Origin: Takakia lepidozioides
Lineage: Eukaryota; Plantae; Bryophyta
Length of the DNA: 64,000 bases
Reading direction: 5' to 3'
Assembly: GCA_030704615.1 (NCBI GenBank)
Contig: CM060732.1
Coordinates: 10,416,001-10,480,000 of the forward strand
Shown here: positions 1 to 13,400 of the stretch, piece after piece
Layout: each line of letters opens with the position of its first letter
Position numbering within the stretch: the stretch's first letter is position 1
Notes under the pieces: model-generated
Databases searched by the model: none
What the model was told of the DNA's origin: nothing
What the model saw: the letters and a program-made list of their open reading frames with translations, nothing else
Translations under genes and position numbers: made by a program

Positions 1-118
1 ACCAAGTGGGCAGAAGCCAAAGTGGTTAAGAGGGCCAACGCATAGCCTCTTTCATTTATGAATCTATCATTTCCCGATTCGGATGCCCAAAAGAAATAGT
101 GAGTGACAGAGGATCTTG
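1..118 (+). mobile_element. Ty3/gypsy integrase core fragment (degenerate)
   Basis: Frame 1 reads TKWAEAKVVKRANA*PLFIYESIISRFGCPKEIVSDRGS*, typical rve integrase motifs (KW.EA, RFG.P..IVSDRG) with stops. Confidence 0.8.
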
Positions 119-365
119 ATAACGGCTATGCTACGAGGGACAGACAACGAGGGTCACAACGGGACATACCGGGTAGTGATGGACGTACACTACCTGAGCC
201 ACAAGCAGAGACGGCTAAGTACGCGGTACTTAGCCAATGGCGGGACAAGGGTACATTACCACGAGAGCAGTAGTGGGTAGTGTAGTAACCGTGAGCCGTG
301 AACCACGATATCACACGGCCACCTTAGCATCGGCTTTAACCAATAGAGGGAGTAGTGGACCGTTT

Positions 366-3300
366 GAGGTTAGCTATTTCATGAGCATGAGTGGCATGAG
401 CGGCATGAGCGGAGTAGCAAGACAATCGGTTTTCATGAGCAGAAGTACAAATTTTCGAAAATAAAAAACATTATAAAACATTAATTTAATGCAATGTGTC
501 AGAAAAAACAAATATATTATTCGGCACCTTGAAGGGAAAATTGTAGTTTTGAGAGTTGTGCTCATGATATTTCGTCTTCCGCTCATGCCAATTCTCAGCG
601 ACATGTGCAAAAATGGCGCCGAATTTCGCGGTAATAGGTCTCTCTGGCGAAAAATGCCGAATTCCGCGGCTATAGGTCCCCTCATGACAGGTGTGTAAGC
701 CCAAAATTTGGAAATGTGGCGCCAAATTTCGGTACATGGTGCCGGGGATTGCATAGATGTTGGGCAGTTCTGGGCCATGTAACTGGAAATTCGGCGCCAT
801 TTTTCCAGACACAGGGGTACCAGTGCATGTTGGGACTTAGCCAGTTTTCGGCCCAAAATAGAGAAATTCGGCGCCATTTTTCCAGAAATGGCCCCACAAC
901 TGCTTCTGTTGGATCTCAGTTTGAATGGAATATTGCCTCATTCCAGGAGTTTTGGGGTGCATTTCATTACACTGCAAAAAAAGGTCTGATGCATGAAAAT
1001 ACAATTGAAAATATCCATATGGAGGATTCCCTTTGCCCCATCAATGATTTCTGGAATCCCTAAGGAGGAGTTTGTGCAGCTCGTTCACGCTCAACGCCGG
1101 TGCATGAATAAAGTCATCAATAGTCACGTTCATCCTCAACCTCTTCAGGTAAATGTAATACAGATGCTTGCACGGATAATACTTTGAACCCTTCTTTGCT
1201 TCCATCAACGAGAAGTCCGTACAATTCCAAGTCGGCTCCACTCCAATCGTAATTGTGTATACATCGTCGCGTACAGCCGAACCGGCCGTTACCATCCGAT
1301 AAACACGCCCAAGGCCGGGTGGAGGTACGTCCACGGAGCTCTGAATAGTGCAAGCCATCCCAAGAGCATTGGCAATCTGAGTCTCATTCAACTTGTTGGG
1401 AGGGTGTCATCTCTTCACTCTTCCGAATCGCATTGTGGGATGTGCAGAATTGTCCAATCCGTCTCTACTGGACCGAGCAGTCTGCAATGGTTGGGTCTGA
1501 GGAACCGGAAATGCATGGGCCGGGACGTCTATGCGTTGCACCATTCGAAATCCTACTGCAGATAGAGCATCCGCCTCATTCTGAGAGAGACTGCAACCCG
1601 GTGCAACAGGCCAGACGCCCGGAGGCTCCGGCATTCCCTGAATCCCGTACTAGGGCTTGCCAAATACACAGGTGATTATGTCGTGCCTACAGAACCAAAA
1701 CGTCTGCGTTATGGCGTGAGCAAATGTGGGAGTCAAAAATTTGCCGCTGAAACAAGGTGCATGTACAGCACCGTGTGGGTTCCTCCGAATCATCTCACCA
1801 CAGCGTGCTCTCGTATCCACCCGGATGACGCAACACTTCCCTCGAAATGCCGGCAATGTCCTTGCAATTCTCCACTGTGACTCCGACACTCTTGTCTCCA
1901 CAATGGGAATGTTGTACTGCTTTACTACAGATGGCTCGTTATGTTGCCCGGGCACGTGCCCTGTGCTCAAAGGAGATGGCGATCTTGAACGTGCAGGACT
2001 TGCGGTGCTCGACGAGACCTCCCCGGGCAACATCACAGGACCACGAGGGAGCGTGCAAATATTCTTGTCAGCTCGCCATGAATCCTCTTCTCCGTCAGGT
2101 GCCTCGTCAAGTCTTCGTCTCACTGGACGAGTATGAACATCTCCTTCCAAATGTTGGCCTCTTCGAAGCAATGGCGTGTCCCGAAGGCCCTCTCGCAAGG
2201 CCGCCGCCCACTTCCGAGGATTCTTCGATCTGGAGGCAGTCCGCATCAGCATTTCCTGTCTGTCCGGCCCCAAGCCCCACTGTTTCCCTTTCAAGAACTC
2301 GTTGTACCTGCTTTGCTGCATAATTGACCTCACAATGTCCTCCGTTGTGGCAGTGAGGATGTCCACCAGATGCGCCGCAGAGGAGGCACGCAAGGAAGAA
2401 TGCACTGATTCGGCCATGTTTGTCGTGGGCATGTCGGTGTCGGAGTCGAGACACATTTCCTGCACAAGCACATGTTGAGGTTACAAGCAAGTTACAAATA
2501 ATGCCAAGAATAATATTCAACGGGACGCGAATTCGTGCAACTCACCTCCCGCATATAGTCGCCGAACTGGAGGAAACGATAATGCCACCATGCTAGCCAA
2601 CTGACCATTGCTCCCTCGTCTGATTTCCTTACAACACCTGATGATGTCCACCAAGCCCGTATACATGCAAACTGTGTCTCTGCATCATCCAAGGTGGGAG
2701 CGCGCTTCTACGCAAGACACATGGAACGGTGCTCCTCTCTGAAATCTGGCGCCACGAGCCTGCTTGTGTACTGCGAAAGGCTCTGCAGAAAATGGAACCC
2801 ACAAGATCTCTCCTTGCCTTCCATGGGAACATTGGGGTCTTGCCTATACACCCTTCGGATGGCAGCCCAATTTGCTTGTGCGTTGTCCGCCATGAAACCA
2901 CGGAAATTGGGAGGGGGCAATCCCGCCTTGGCCATATGTTCGTTTATTCCCTGCCAAAGAAGCATCTCCGATTGTGTGTCCTCTCCTTTCATCTCACAAA
3001 TAGCAATTGTCATTAGCATCTTGCAGTGGGTGTCGTAGACATGTGCACCCATTGTCACCCACTGGTGATTTGTAATTCGCTTGATATGGTCAAACATGAC
3101 CCAACTGTTTGACAAGTCCCCACTTGTCATCCTGTCGACTAGTTCGACGCCGCTGCCAGGTCCACACGTGGACATTTTGAATACGAAACAACGATCTGCC
3201 TCAGTCCCTTGTCCTGGAAACCTACTTCCATGAATGTAGTCATATCCACATCGTCGCTTCATCTCCAGAATGGAGTGCATATCCGAGCCACGCCCAATTT

Positions 3301-4956
3301 TCTGTTTGCATGACATAATGTGGTTTCGGACATTTGGTGAACAGACGTGGGACACTGACTCCAGCAATGCCTCCATTTCCTTCTCATCGAGAGGAACTCT
3401 ATCGGAGCTGTCTTCCGACATAATTCTGGCCAACGTCATCTTATGGGCAGCTTGGAGCTGTATCTTTTTGGGTTTGGCACCCGGTCTCAACTTAACCTCT
3501 TGCTGAACAAGCTGCTCTGCCTCGTGGGCAGCCTCCCGCGAGTTCCCCCTCGCCAATTTGTGACAATGGGAACCAACGTGTATGCAAGCTCGGGTGAGGT
3601 CAGGGAAACGGTGCAACACATAGAACTGCTTGGCATTACAAACAGACATGCAGTGTGGTGGTTCTTTGCAATGCGCACACTTAAATGTGGAGTTCGGAAC
3701 CTTCTCCTGAGCTCGAAATGGTTGATGAGCTGTGCCTGTCCAATCGGTCTCGTTCCTGTGACCTCTGGATTTAAAGTGGAAGCAAGTTGGGGAGAAACAC
3801 CGCAACGCGCCAGCACAAACAACGTAGCGCACCTGCACACCATCGAGCATCTTCATGCTGGTGGTTTTGGTAACGCACCAAGGATGACCGTCATGTTTTC
3901 TATCCATATCTGTCAACATTCCGGACGCCCTCGAGTAGTCCGTCCGAGGAGGGAACTCAAAGAAGATATTATCGTCGACGTCTGCGGGAAGGCATGTAAC
4001 CGATTTAATTGCGAACTTACTGTAGTCCAGCCCGGCCAGCTCCGAGCGGTGTCCCTCCATGTGAAGCCCTCGCAGAATTTCAAGAATGGATCGAACTGCG
4101 GTGCTCGTGCTGGGAATATGACTCCCTCGTCCACTGACGTCCATTGAGGACTTGCCTGATCTCCAGGACGATATCGGAACTTCAATGACCTCGTCTGAGT
4201 CGGACAGGTTGTGAACAACCCGGTTCTCGCTCGTCTTCATTGATGGGTTCGGCTCTGGATTTACTTCGTTGCGGACTTCTCTCTTTGAGGTACCCACTCT
4301 CTGATTCGCGGATTGTTTCGTGGAAGGCGCCAGGATAGAAGGTGCATTTGGCGGGCAAATGAAGTCCCCAACAGCCCTGTATATGACGTTGTCCGATGGT
4401 GGAACTCGCCATTCCCTGCCATCGCCGAAATCATCGTGGAGCACAACAATACTCTCGACAACAACGCCGTTTGAGTCCTTCATTTCCTCCTCCAAAAAAA
4501 CCGACCCCGGTTTCAGGTGGTATCGAACGCACAGATATTTCTCCATCACACGGCAGATGTCCCCTCTGCACGGAAATGAAGCTCTATGCTCGTGAGGAGG
4601 GTAGTACACTGTAGCGCTCGGGTTTTCCGCCATGGGAGATGTGCACACAAGACTGCCAGGATGACGTGCGGGCAAGCTCCCTGGTAGAAGGGGGATGCAG
4701 CGATGGGAAGGAATGCAGTGCCGATTTGTCCGAGCGACAAAAGCCTGATCCAAATCCAGGGAGCCAACTATCTCAAAAAACCACAGTCAGAGTGTTAATG
4801 AACCTTGTCTCCGGAATGCGGCCCCTGGTCTTTGCGCAATAACTGCCAACGGTATGTAGTCGGAAAGTGGGGGGCTGCCCGGATGATGTTGGCTGAAGGG
4901 GAGAAGCCGGCACCGGGCCGTCACATTACTACCCCCGGATGGAAATTCGGCACCGA
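366..4956 (-). mobile_element. Mutator-like DNA transposon, subfamily A copy 1; one end intact, the other truncated
   Basis: Terminus GAGGTTAGCTATTTCATGAGC at 366 matches the reverse complement of the end at 47254. It contains a transposase gene and is near-identical in inverted orientation to 44410-46830 and about 46870-47254. Similarity stops at about 4956. Confidence 0.88.
1041..4633 (-). pseudogene. MULE DDE transposase with N-terminal GCM/WRKY-like Zn domain and C-terminal SWIM finger; exons 4633-2546 and 2459-1041; about 1168 aa if repaired
   Basis: Motifs VMFDHIK (D1), FMADNAQ (D2), SCGFH (CxxH), NMAESVH (E) and NCTDF...PCKHLYYIY (SWIM). There is a phase-0 GT-AG intron at 2545-2460. 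In-frame stops at 2708-2710, 1650-1652 and 1407-1409 join the listed ORFs into one frame. Confidence 0.85.
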
Positions 4957-4958
4957 GA

Positions 4959-6110
4959 ATGATTTGTGCGGAGGCATGGAAACCTGAAGGAGCAGGGATA
5001 GATTCATCCAAGTGGGCCAGATTTCAAGCACAAAATTACCTATGACTTCATGTGGATCAATAGCTACAAGAAACGTGCATGGGTAGATGGTCAATTAAAG
5101 GGAGCAGCTGCAGCGGCACAGTTGATAAAATCAGGCACCTCAACCATGACCACAGCTTCTGGAAGAGGATCAAGAGAGGGAGTCCACAATGCCTTTTTTG
5201 GCACTTCTGGGCATGTGAAGATGCTTTGTGAGGCAGGCAGACTGAAAGAGGCTCTACAAACTTTACGCTAAATGTTTTTCTACTCGACACCCTTGTCAAC
5301 ATGTATGTTAAGTGCGGGAGCATCATGGATGCTCACCAAATGTTCAATCGAATGCCTCAACGATCATTGATCACGTGATAATGTTGGCAGGATTTACCAA
5401 GCATGGATGCGGTATGAATGCTTTGGAGACCTATGAGCAAATGCTGCGCGAAGGGGTGAAGCCCAACCACATCACATTTGTTTGTGTTTGCAATGCGTAT
5501 GCAAGGCTGGGAGCTCTGGAAATGGAGGCGGGATGGAGGCTTTGGAGACCTATTATCAAATGATGGGGGAAGGGGTGAAGCCCGACCACATAACGTTTGT
5601 GTGCGTTTGCAAGCCTGGCACCCTAGAAAAGGGCAAAGAGGTGCATGGTTACATCACCAAATCTGCAATTGTACCATATGTGATTCTGAACAATTTGGTG
5701 TCATGGAACGCCATGCTTTCAGAATATGCACATCAGGGGCATGGGATGGAGGCCTTGGAGACCTATGAACAAATGATGGGGGAAGGGGTGAAGTCCACAT
5801 CACATGTGTGTGCGTTTGCAATGCTTGTGCAAGCCTGGCAGCCCCTGAATTAAGGAAGACGCTACTTCGATTCCCTGAGTCAAGATCATGGTGTCACTCC
5901 GATAGTAAAGCACTTTTGCTGCATGGTGGACTTCTTGGACGTGCGGGACAACTGGATGAGGCAGTGGACCTGATTAATAAAATGCCAACCAATCCAGATG
6001 TTGTGGTGTTGAAGGCCTTGCTTGGTGCCTGCAGAATTTATGTCAATGTGGAGGTGGCAGAACGTGCGGCAAACCATGTCGAAGTTTGCAAACCCCATGG
6101 AAGGGACGAC
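4959..6110 (+). pseudogene. PLS-class PPR pseudogene with E-domain remnant
   Basis: Fragments VSWNAMLSEYAHQGHGMEAL, GVKPNHITFVCVCNA and LLGRAGQLDEAVDLINKMP...LLGACRIY, with frameshifts and deletions. Confidence 0.88.
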
Positions 6111-6719
6111 CACAGCTAACAGAAGCTATTGAGCATATTGAGAAAAATGATGTGAAGGGACTCTTGTCCTGAAAAAACAGCACATTTTCATACACTTTAT
6201 TCATCCCTTGGTGTGCTGGATTCACAGTGGCTTCCTTGAATGAACAAAGACAACAGCAACATCAAGGAGGACTCTTTGAAACCTATACGTAGACAATTCC
6301 AGGTGTGGTCCAAGGGAAAAATTCGCAGAAAATTACTTGAGACTAGGTTCATTTGCCTCAACACGGAAAGCAGTTTACGAAGTAAGTGATCTCTGCAGAG
6401 AGAAGTATCGTTTTACATTGTAGGTCGCTCTCATCTTTATTAGTATTAGTTCCCCCAACTTCACTACAAAACAAGAGCTTGCAAGAATTATGCATTCCAC
6501 AGCTAACTCTCTACATGCCCTTCTTGCCTGGCTCTCTCTGGTCATATGGCGATTGAAAAGTCATCAATAATAGAATGGTCAAAAGTATGCAGGATTTACA
6601 TGATTGACAACCACAGCCTCAAGTGTCCCAACATGGACTAATGACCATTATGTGGATGTGACTCGTAAGGTAAGATGGGATCTCACCGAGTGTTTTGAGG
6701 TAGAAACCCTCTAGGAGGC

Positions 6720-7020
6720 TTAAGGAGTAAGATCTCCTTGTCTGGAATAGTGATGGTCCATAGGAATGTAATTGAATTGGAGATGTCGAGTGAACCTAGC
6801 CCATTCATGGTCTACTAAGGATGGGGGTTTGTGTGCGCCATTGTATGTGTGGCCGAGTAGTGCGATGTCTCTGTTGAAGTCCCCTGCTAGTATGACATGG
6901 TGGTGTTGGTATTTCGGGTGGGTAATTGTTTTAGAGATTGTGCTCAAAATTTCTATGGCATCACCCAATGTGACATCCAAAATAGCACCAATTACAGGGG
7001 TAGTCAATTTTGGCACTTTC
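6720..7020 (-). mobile_element. LINE apurinic-like endonuclease fragment, same family as 55765-56570
   Basis: HHHVILAGDFNRDIALLGHTYN...DHEWARF...HYSRQG closely parallels HHHYILASDFNRDIALSGHTYN...DQDWARF...HYSRQG in ORF 55806-56585. Confidence 0.8.
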
Positions 7021-7412
7021 CTACCTTGAACACACTTGCCAGATCTGGTAAGCCTCTCATCATTTGTCTCATCCTTGGTGAGGTTTGAAAATCTCAACTT
7101 CTCAGCAGCACAATGATCCTATCAAGATTTCGTAACAGTACACCGCTTCAAGTTAGTAGCCATCTTTACTTCAGCATTCGATCACCCTTCCTTCCAATGG
7201 TGTCACCCTGCAAATCGCCCAAAGATGTGGAGATTTTACAACACACTGTAAGGTTCGGAATGTTTGTCTGCCTTCTTTCATAGCGTGCTTAATCTTGTTC
7301 AATACAGCAACAATCTAGTGAAGAGAGAATGTTAACATCTCCAAACCTTGAAAGCTCTTTCAGGATCATATGAGCTCCACAAGAGGTGATGTGGCACAAC
7401 ATGTTTCATGTG

Positions 7413-10400
7413 TCAGGTGCCTGCTGCTGCCCAGGCCTCTCTCATCTTCCGAGCTCTTTCTTGCCATGAACCACCAGACTGCATAGTGATAACCTGCATC
7501 GGTTTCCCAAGCCCAGGGTTGATGACTGAAGCATTGTAATGTGCTACAACAAAATGAATACACCAAGTATTGCATAACTTTACAGATGAAACTTAGGGCC
7601 AGAATTATCCTGTTGCTCAACTTGTCTTCAATCATGGAAGATATATCTGACCTCTTAGACCTGGTTGTAGCAGTAGCCTTATTTGAGGGGAGAAAAGGAA
7701 AATAGCATGTCCACACCAACACACAAGGGCCCATTGGATATACTAGAACTGAAAGAGATAAAAAAGGAGTGTCAGACAAAATCTTCCCTCTTGAAGAGAG
7801 GAACATCAACTGAGAGAGAGGATGTACTGATAAGATGTTGTTTGCCATAGACTTCTGGCCATAGATCCCATGCCCAGTTTGGGCGGAACAAAAGGGACCA
7901 GACTACCTTAGTGAGGGGCTCACTCCGGTAGTGGGACTTAACCTTGGTACAAACAATTAGTTTGGGGTTTCCAGATATCCTCTAGAAAGCCCTTCACAAA
8001 AGCATCAATCTGCTGTGCATGAGTTGCCCAGCAATTAGGCTCAGCCTCGAAACTTTCGAAGTTGGTGAACAAAGGTGCAGAAACAATGTCCTTGATGTTC
8101 CTGCAGATGGTCACTCTCTGGTGAGAATACATCGGACAAGGTATCAGAAAATGGATATTCTCTTTGTACTGCCCACACATCGGGTAATTACGATCTCCTT
8201 TTCCTCTCTGCATCCGTTTTCTGTTCAAAGGTAGGCTCCCCGCCCTGAGTTTAAATTTCAGTCTAGTGCCCTCGCCCATTTCACAGACTGGAAACCAGTT
8301 CAAGGAAGTTTTATGCGTAACTTTTCATCATCGGACAGTCTTCAGGCATCCGACATGGCGTTAGACATTACAACGTCCAGGTCAGCTTATTTTGCAGGGC
8401 CAATTCATCTGGGCTAATATTTAGATACCTGAAATCTCTTCTACCCTTTTCCGCCAGGACTTAGCCTGTCTAACAGGACAGTCTTGCTTCCAAGAAATAG
8501 AGGTATGCCAAACTCGCCCTGAACACAGCCACAGTAGCTGTTCTAGAGTTTACTGAGATCCTCTCTTTGAGCACCGCAACCTGAATGGATTCTAAAGATT
8601 TAGCATGGTTGAAGTTGTCGACCCACACGGCAGATGCATACTCCAGCGCAGGCCTGATAACATTGCAAAACTGGTCCTTTTAACTTCAGTATTAATGCCT
8701 CTGCAGTGGAAAAATCAGTGAGACCCAAAGCTTTACATTTAGCTGTTGGAACCACCTGCTGTAGATGCACGTCCCAGTTGCAACTAGAGGAAAACTCACG
8801 AACACCGAGATATGTGTAGGAAGGGAGCACAGGGATCTCCAGACATCCCCATGTCCATTTGAGATCCCCTCCTCCCTCCCTACAATCATTGAAAGCCATC
8901 ACTGCACCTTTACTAACACTGGTTTCTAACCTCCACAGGTCAAAGTACCTCTTTGCGCAATCAATCAATCCTGAAGATTGGATGGAGTATCCCCTAGGCC
9001 CATCCACAAACATAAGAGCTGGAATGGTGGCATCACCCACCTTTAAACCCCTCCCTTTCCACATCTTTCAAGCAGCTGATTAATGAAAAAATTAAAGAGC
9101 AGTGGGGAGCGAGTACAGCCTTGAGCTACACCATGGTGAATATCAAAGAAGATAGACTTCTATCCATTAACCATAACACAGCTTTTGGTGTTCACATACA
9201 GGTTGTGAACCATCCTCCACATCTTCCCCCTGACCCCACAAGACCAAAGTCGAAGCCACAACCCATCTCTCGATGATTTGTCATGAGCCTTTTTGACATC
9301 CAGGAAAAAGCCAAAAGTGGGCTTTCCTTCTTTTTTTTCCTTGAATAATCTGGCTTCAGGTGAAGATATGGTCGAAGCAGCCCCTATCTCCGAAAGCCAT
9401 CCTGGCCTTCATGGGAAACAGACTCCAGATCAACCTCAAGACGGGATCTTGTCAGCCTACAAAATAGCTTGCCAACTGCGTTCAAAATTGTGATGCCGCA
9501 ATAGCTCCCAGGCTCTTCTCTGTCACATTTAGTGTGATTCAAACGTTTTTACAATCTCAACCATAGAAGTCACCACTGCACCCTTGTTATTCCTTAAAGC
9601 TGTAATTGCTGACCATTTCTCGGCCAGCATGAACGCCGTCAAGCCAACCAGAACCTTGTGATTCAAGTTAATGCCACAGTACAACTCTTCCCAATACATT
9701 TTCTGCTGAGCCTTTACTAGCTGAGTTACATCTTTTCACAGCTGATAATACTTAGACCACAGCACACTGTCATCTTTGATATTACAGCAGTCCTTATAAA
9801 GCGCCTGTCTCTCAGCGATCTTGAGCTTGATCTCATTGGTCCACCAATTTACTGCTCTTTTGCATACAATCAGTTTCCTTCCAATGATCTTATCAAATGC
9901 CAGCTCTTTCGACTTCACTTCTTGCATCACCTAACCAAGAAGGGAGATCTTGGAGTGATTGGATAAAGTGTGGGAGAGCCTCTTTCAAGGCCAGGACATA
10001 TTCTGTATTGACCTCTTCCTTCTGGAAATTTTCTATGCGCCACTTTCGAATATAACGTTTCACAGATCTCTTGGTGTTAAGAATACACCTTTTATCTCAG
10101 TCCAGACATGAAAGTGGTCAGAAGTACCAAAATCGGTTCTATCAACAACCACCTTGGAACATTGGGGAAACAACTCCTTATCCACTATGATATAATCCAC
10201 TATGGAACGTTTCCCTAGTTTGGGCTTTTTCACGAGTCCACTGCAAAGGGTCTTCTTTTGACCTATTGTTCACGGTCAGAAGCTGAATTTCTTCCAGGCA
10301 TTTGATAAGCCATTTGATATTGGAACTTTGCTCATCCTCTTCAAAAAGCCAATGACCCTTACCCACTCAGGCATTAAAGTCGTCTAACAACACCACACGG

Positions 10401-13400
10401 ACTTTGGCAAGGAACTTAGCACAGTCAAGTTCAGAGAATGTACTCTTGAGGTCATCCATGATGTTCTCCCCCATGTCACATGGAAACAAGTTCAAAGAAG
10501 TTTTCTGCCTAACTTCATTTTCATCAGACAACTTCCTGGCAACAAACATGGCTTTGGACACTACAGCCTCTAAGTCCGATTTATCCAGCAGGGTCAAGAC
10601 TTACGGACTTAGATTCAGATCCTTGAGAATCTCTTCTACCCTCTTCCGCCAGGACTTAGCCTGTTTGACAGGGCTATCCTGCTTCCAAGATATAGAGTTG
10701 ATTTAGGGTATCTGATATTAGTCATACATTGCAGCTGACCCCACCATCTGACCTTGCATTCATCTCGTCGGGAGCTTAAGGGAGGGATGCAAAACTCACC
10801 CCGAACAGCCACATTAGCTGTTTTGGAGCATGCTGACATACACTCCTTAAACACCCCCACTTGAATGGATTCTAGAGACTTAGCCTGGTTGGAGATTCAA
10901 CCCACACTGCAGATGCATACTCCAAGGCAGGCCTGAGACAGTCAAGTCCAGCGAGAGACAAACAAAGAGAGCTTCCAATGCCATGAGGAACTCTACGACC
11001 ACCCTTCTAAGGGGGGGAAAGGAATAAGCAAAACAGTCCCAGGTACCTGTTCACTAATGACACCGTTGCCAGGAGTCACCTCACCCTTGGCACTCTCTTC
11101 GTCACTAAAATTTCTTTCATTAGACCTCTTGTCACTGTCTTGTAGCCTCCGACCAGATTCTCTCTTTCCATCTCTTACTTCTGGAGTGTCAGTGGAGGGG
11201 CCCACTGGAGCCCCAAATATGGCTGCTTCATGGGCCGCTTGAATTTGAGCCTCCCTCCTAGCCTGTAAGACATGATATTACTTAGTATCAGCCGGTGTTA
11301 CTATGACAATTTCGAATATATTGCAATACCATTAACCCTCCCCTTCTTTCTGGGCCCCTTCCCTCACTACCTCCCCCTTCCTAAGCCCCCAAGATAAAAC
11401 ATGGGTACCACCAATCTGCATTTCCATCCTCCCATTAGTGCAGATGACATTCTGATCAAATACAGGGTGAATGAGCTTGTCAAAATGAAACTGGAACAAA
11501 GAAAAGAGGCCATGGGCAATTTTTTGCAAAGGAATGGTGAAGTGCTATGGCAAGTTTGCTATTGCATGTGGTTGCAACTACAAAATAATACCTGATGTGA
11601 TGTAGAAAGCAGAGTGCTACCAGTATTCCTCATGAAGCCTGTGTCATCGCGGGCCCCAGTCCCATCTGCAATTACAGCTCAATTCTTAGATGTGTCCTGA
11701 TACTCATCAACAGTCAGTCACACTCCATATCATTCAAGTTTGCATTCACAACCTGACCCCTTGAAAATCCACATGCATAGCTCTCTCTCCCACCTTACAA
11801 AATATATGGAACTTAAACAAAGACTCACTTGAAGATGTGTACTTTCCTATAAATATGGTGCCATGATCACCATGCTGGTTGCTCATGACCATGACATTAT
11901 GCTATGGCTCACACATGTAGTAGCAATCCCTTGAGAAAACAACAACCCTTGTGCTGAATTTGGATATTATAAGTATTAATAATAGCTACATACATGATGG
12001 AGCTGAGAGACACAAACCTCCAAAATAGTCAAGCTTAGCGTCATCGTCCAAGGGCGCATCCTTGTTGAATTCAAACCGCTCCCACTCTCCTGTCATTCCC
12101 TTGACTGAATCTTTTACTACTGCAAAGCCAAAGGACAAAGGAAAAGATGAGAGAAGGTGGTCTGCAACATCTTGTATGATTGCCCACTTTCAGCTCAAAG
12201 GTCCTGGAACTTCCACTTCGCACCTGCCAGGTGAAGTCTGCTATGAAATCACCTGATAACAGCTACTGAAGGAGTTACTCACATGTCTAAGAGTTTCAGA
12301 CTGGTAAAATAAAATGCTTCATATGCCATTCATAATTATGACATGCAAGAATGAAGACATACAGGGACCCAAAATGCACAGTAAATTGGCAAAAGGAAAG
12401 ATAGCTTCTTGAATTGCACAAACACAGTAAGATACTTTAGGACAGTTTGATAACACCAAGTACGGAGGACTTCAGATTGATGCTCACTATTTGGTTTAAT
12501 GAGGCGAAAAAAAGATCTGAAGAAGTTCCCAATATACACTTCACGCTCAACTGGTAGTGGTAAAAGATGTGTATACCTGTTTCAGACAGCTGCAGCTTCA
12601 TCTTGGCTTTCACTTTCTCTGCTGGTGTCTACAGTCAGGAAATAATAGTAATATCAGGGTCTGTGAAAGCTGACTCGAAACATCGGCTGTGAGAGTGCGC
12701 ACTATGGCGTGCATGAAGAGCATGAAAAGACTCGCCCACTCAGACTTTCCAAATATCCCATCCACTGGGAAGCCTAACCGAAGTTCGTCTTCAAGAACAA
12801 AACAATGAATTTGAGCATCATAACGGAAGGCACGGATGTGAGGCAAACCAAGAAATCAAAATTAGGAATCAGCTTTGCATAATCGCGTTCTGATTCTGTA
12901 ATTTTTGTTTGAGATCCATGCTGTCTTTTCGGCACTCCCTTCCCCATTACAGTCTCTGTCCTCCTATCATGCCTCCTTGAGACACCATAATGTGTACTTA
13001 GATTGGGGCTCCAGCTGCGACCTCTTTGCTCATTCCTCCACCTGCCACTCTCTCTTTCCCTCTCTTCAGTAGGAGTACGTGCCCGTCTTTTCCTTTCTCT
13101 CTCCACGGAAATGCTTCTTCTGTCTCTCCCTGTGGAAATGCTCCGTCTCCGCCGCTCTCTGCCTCTCACTGCAGGGCTGCTTCGGCCCCTTCTCCCATTG
13201 CCAGGGCCATGGCGAGGACTTCGTCTTCCAATAGGTGATAGACTTTTATCTCTCCTTTGAGACCGATCTGGTGACCTGCTGTGATCCCTCCTGTGGAATT
13301 AATCCAGGACAGCATTTCTGTTTTGAGCAATTATATCAACAAGAGAGGTCGAATCATGTCCTAGACCTAATAGTGACCATAGCTTGCAAGACACAGAGGA

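Noticed and set aside
1407-2710. In-frame stops repaired by U-to-C or A-to-I RNA editing
   Set aside because: Plant U-to-C editing is organellar. The sister copy has genomic TGG, so ordinary mutation explains the stops.
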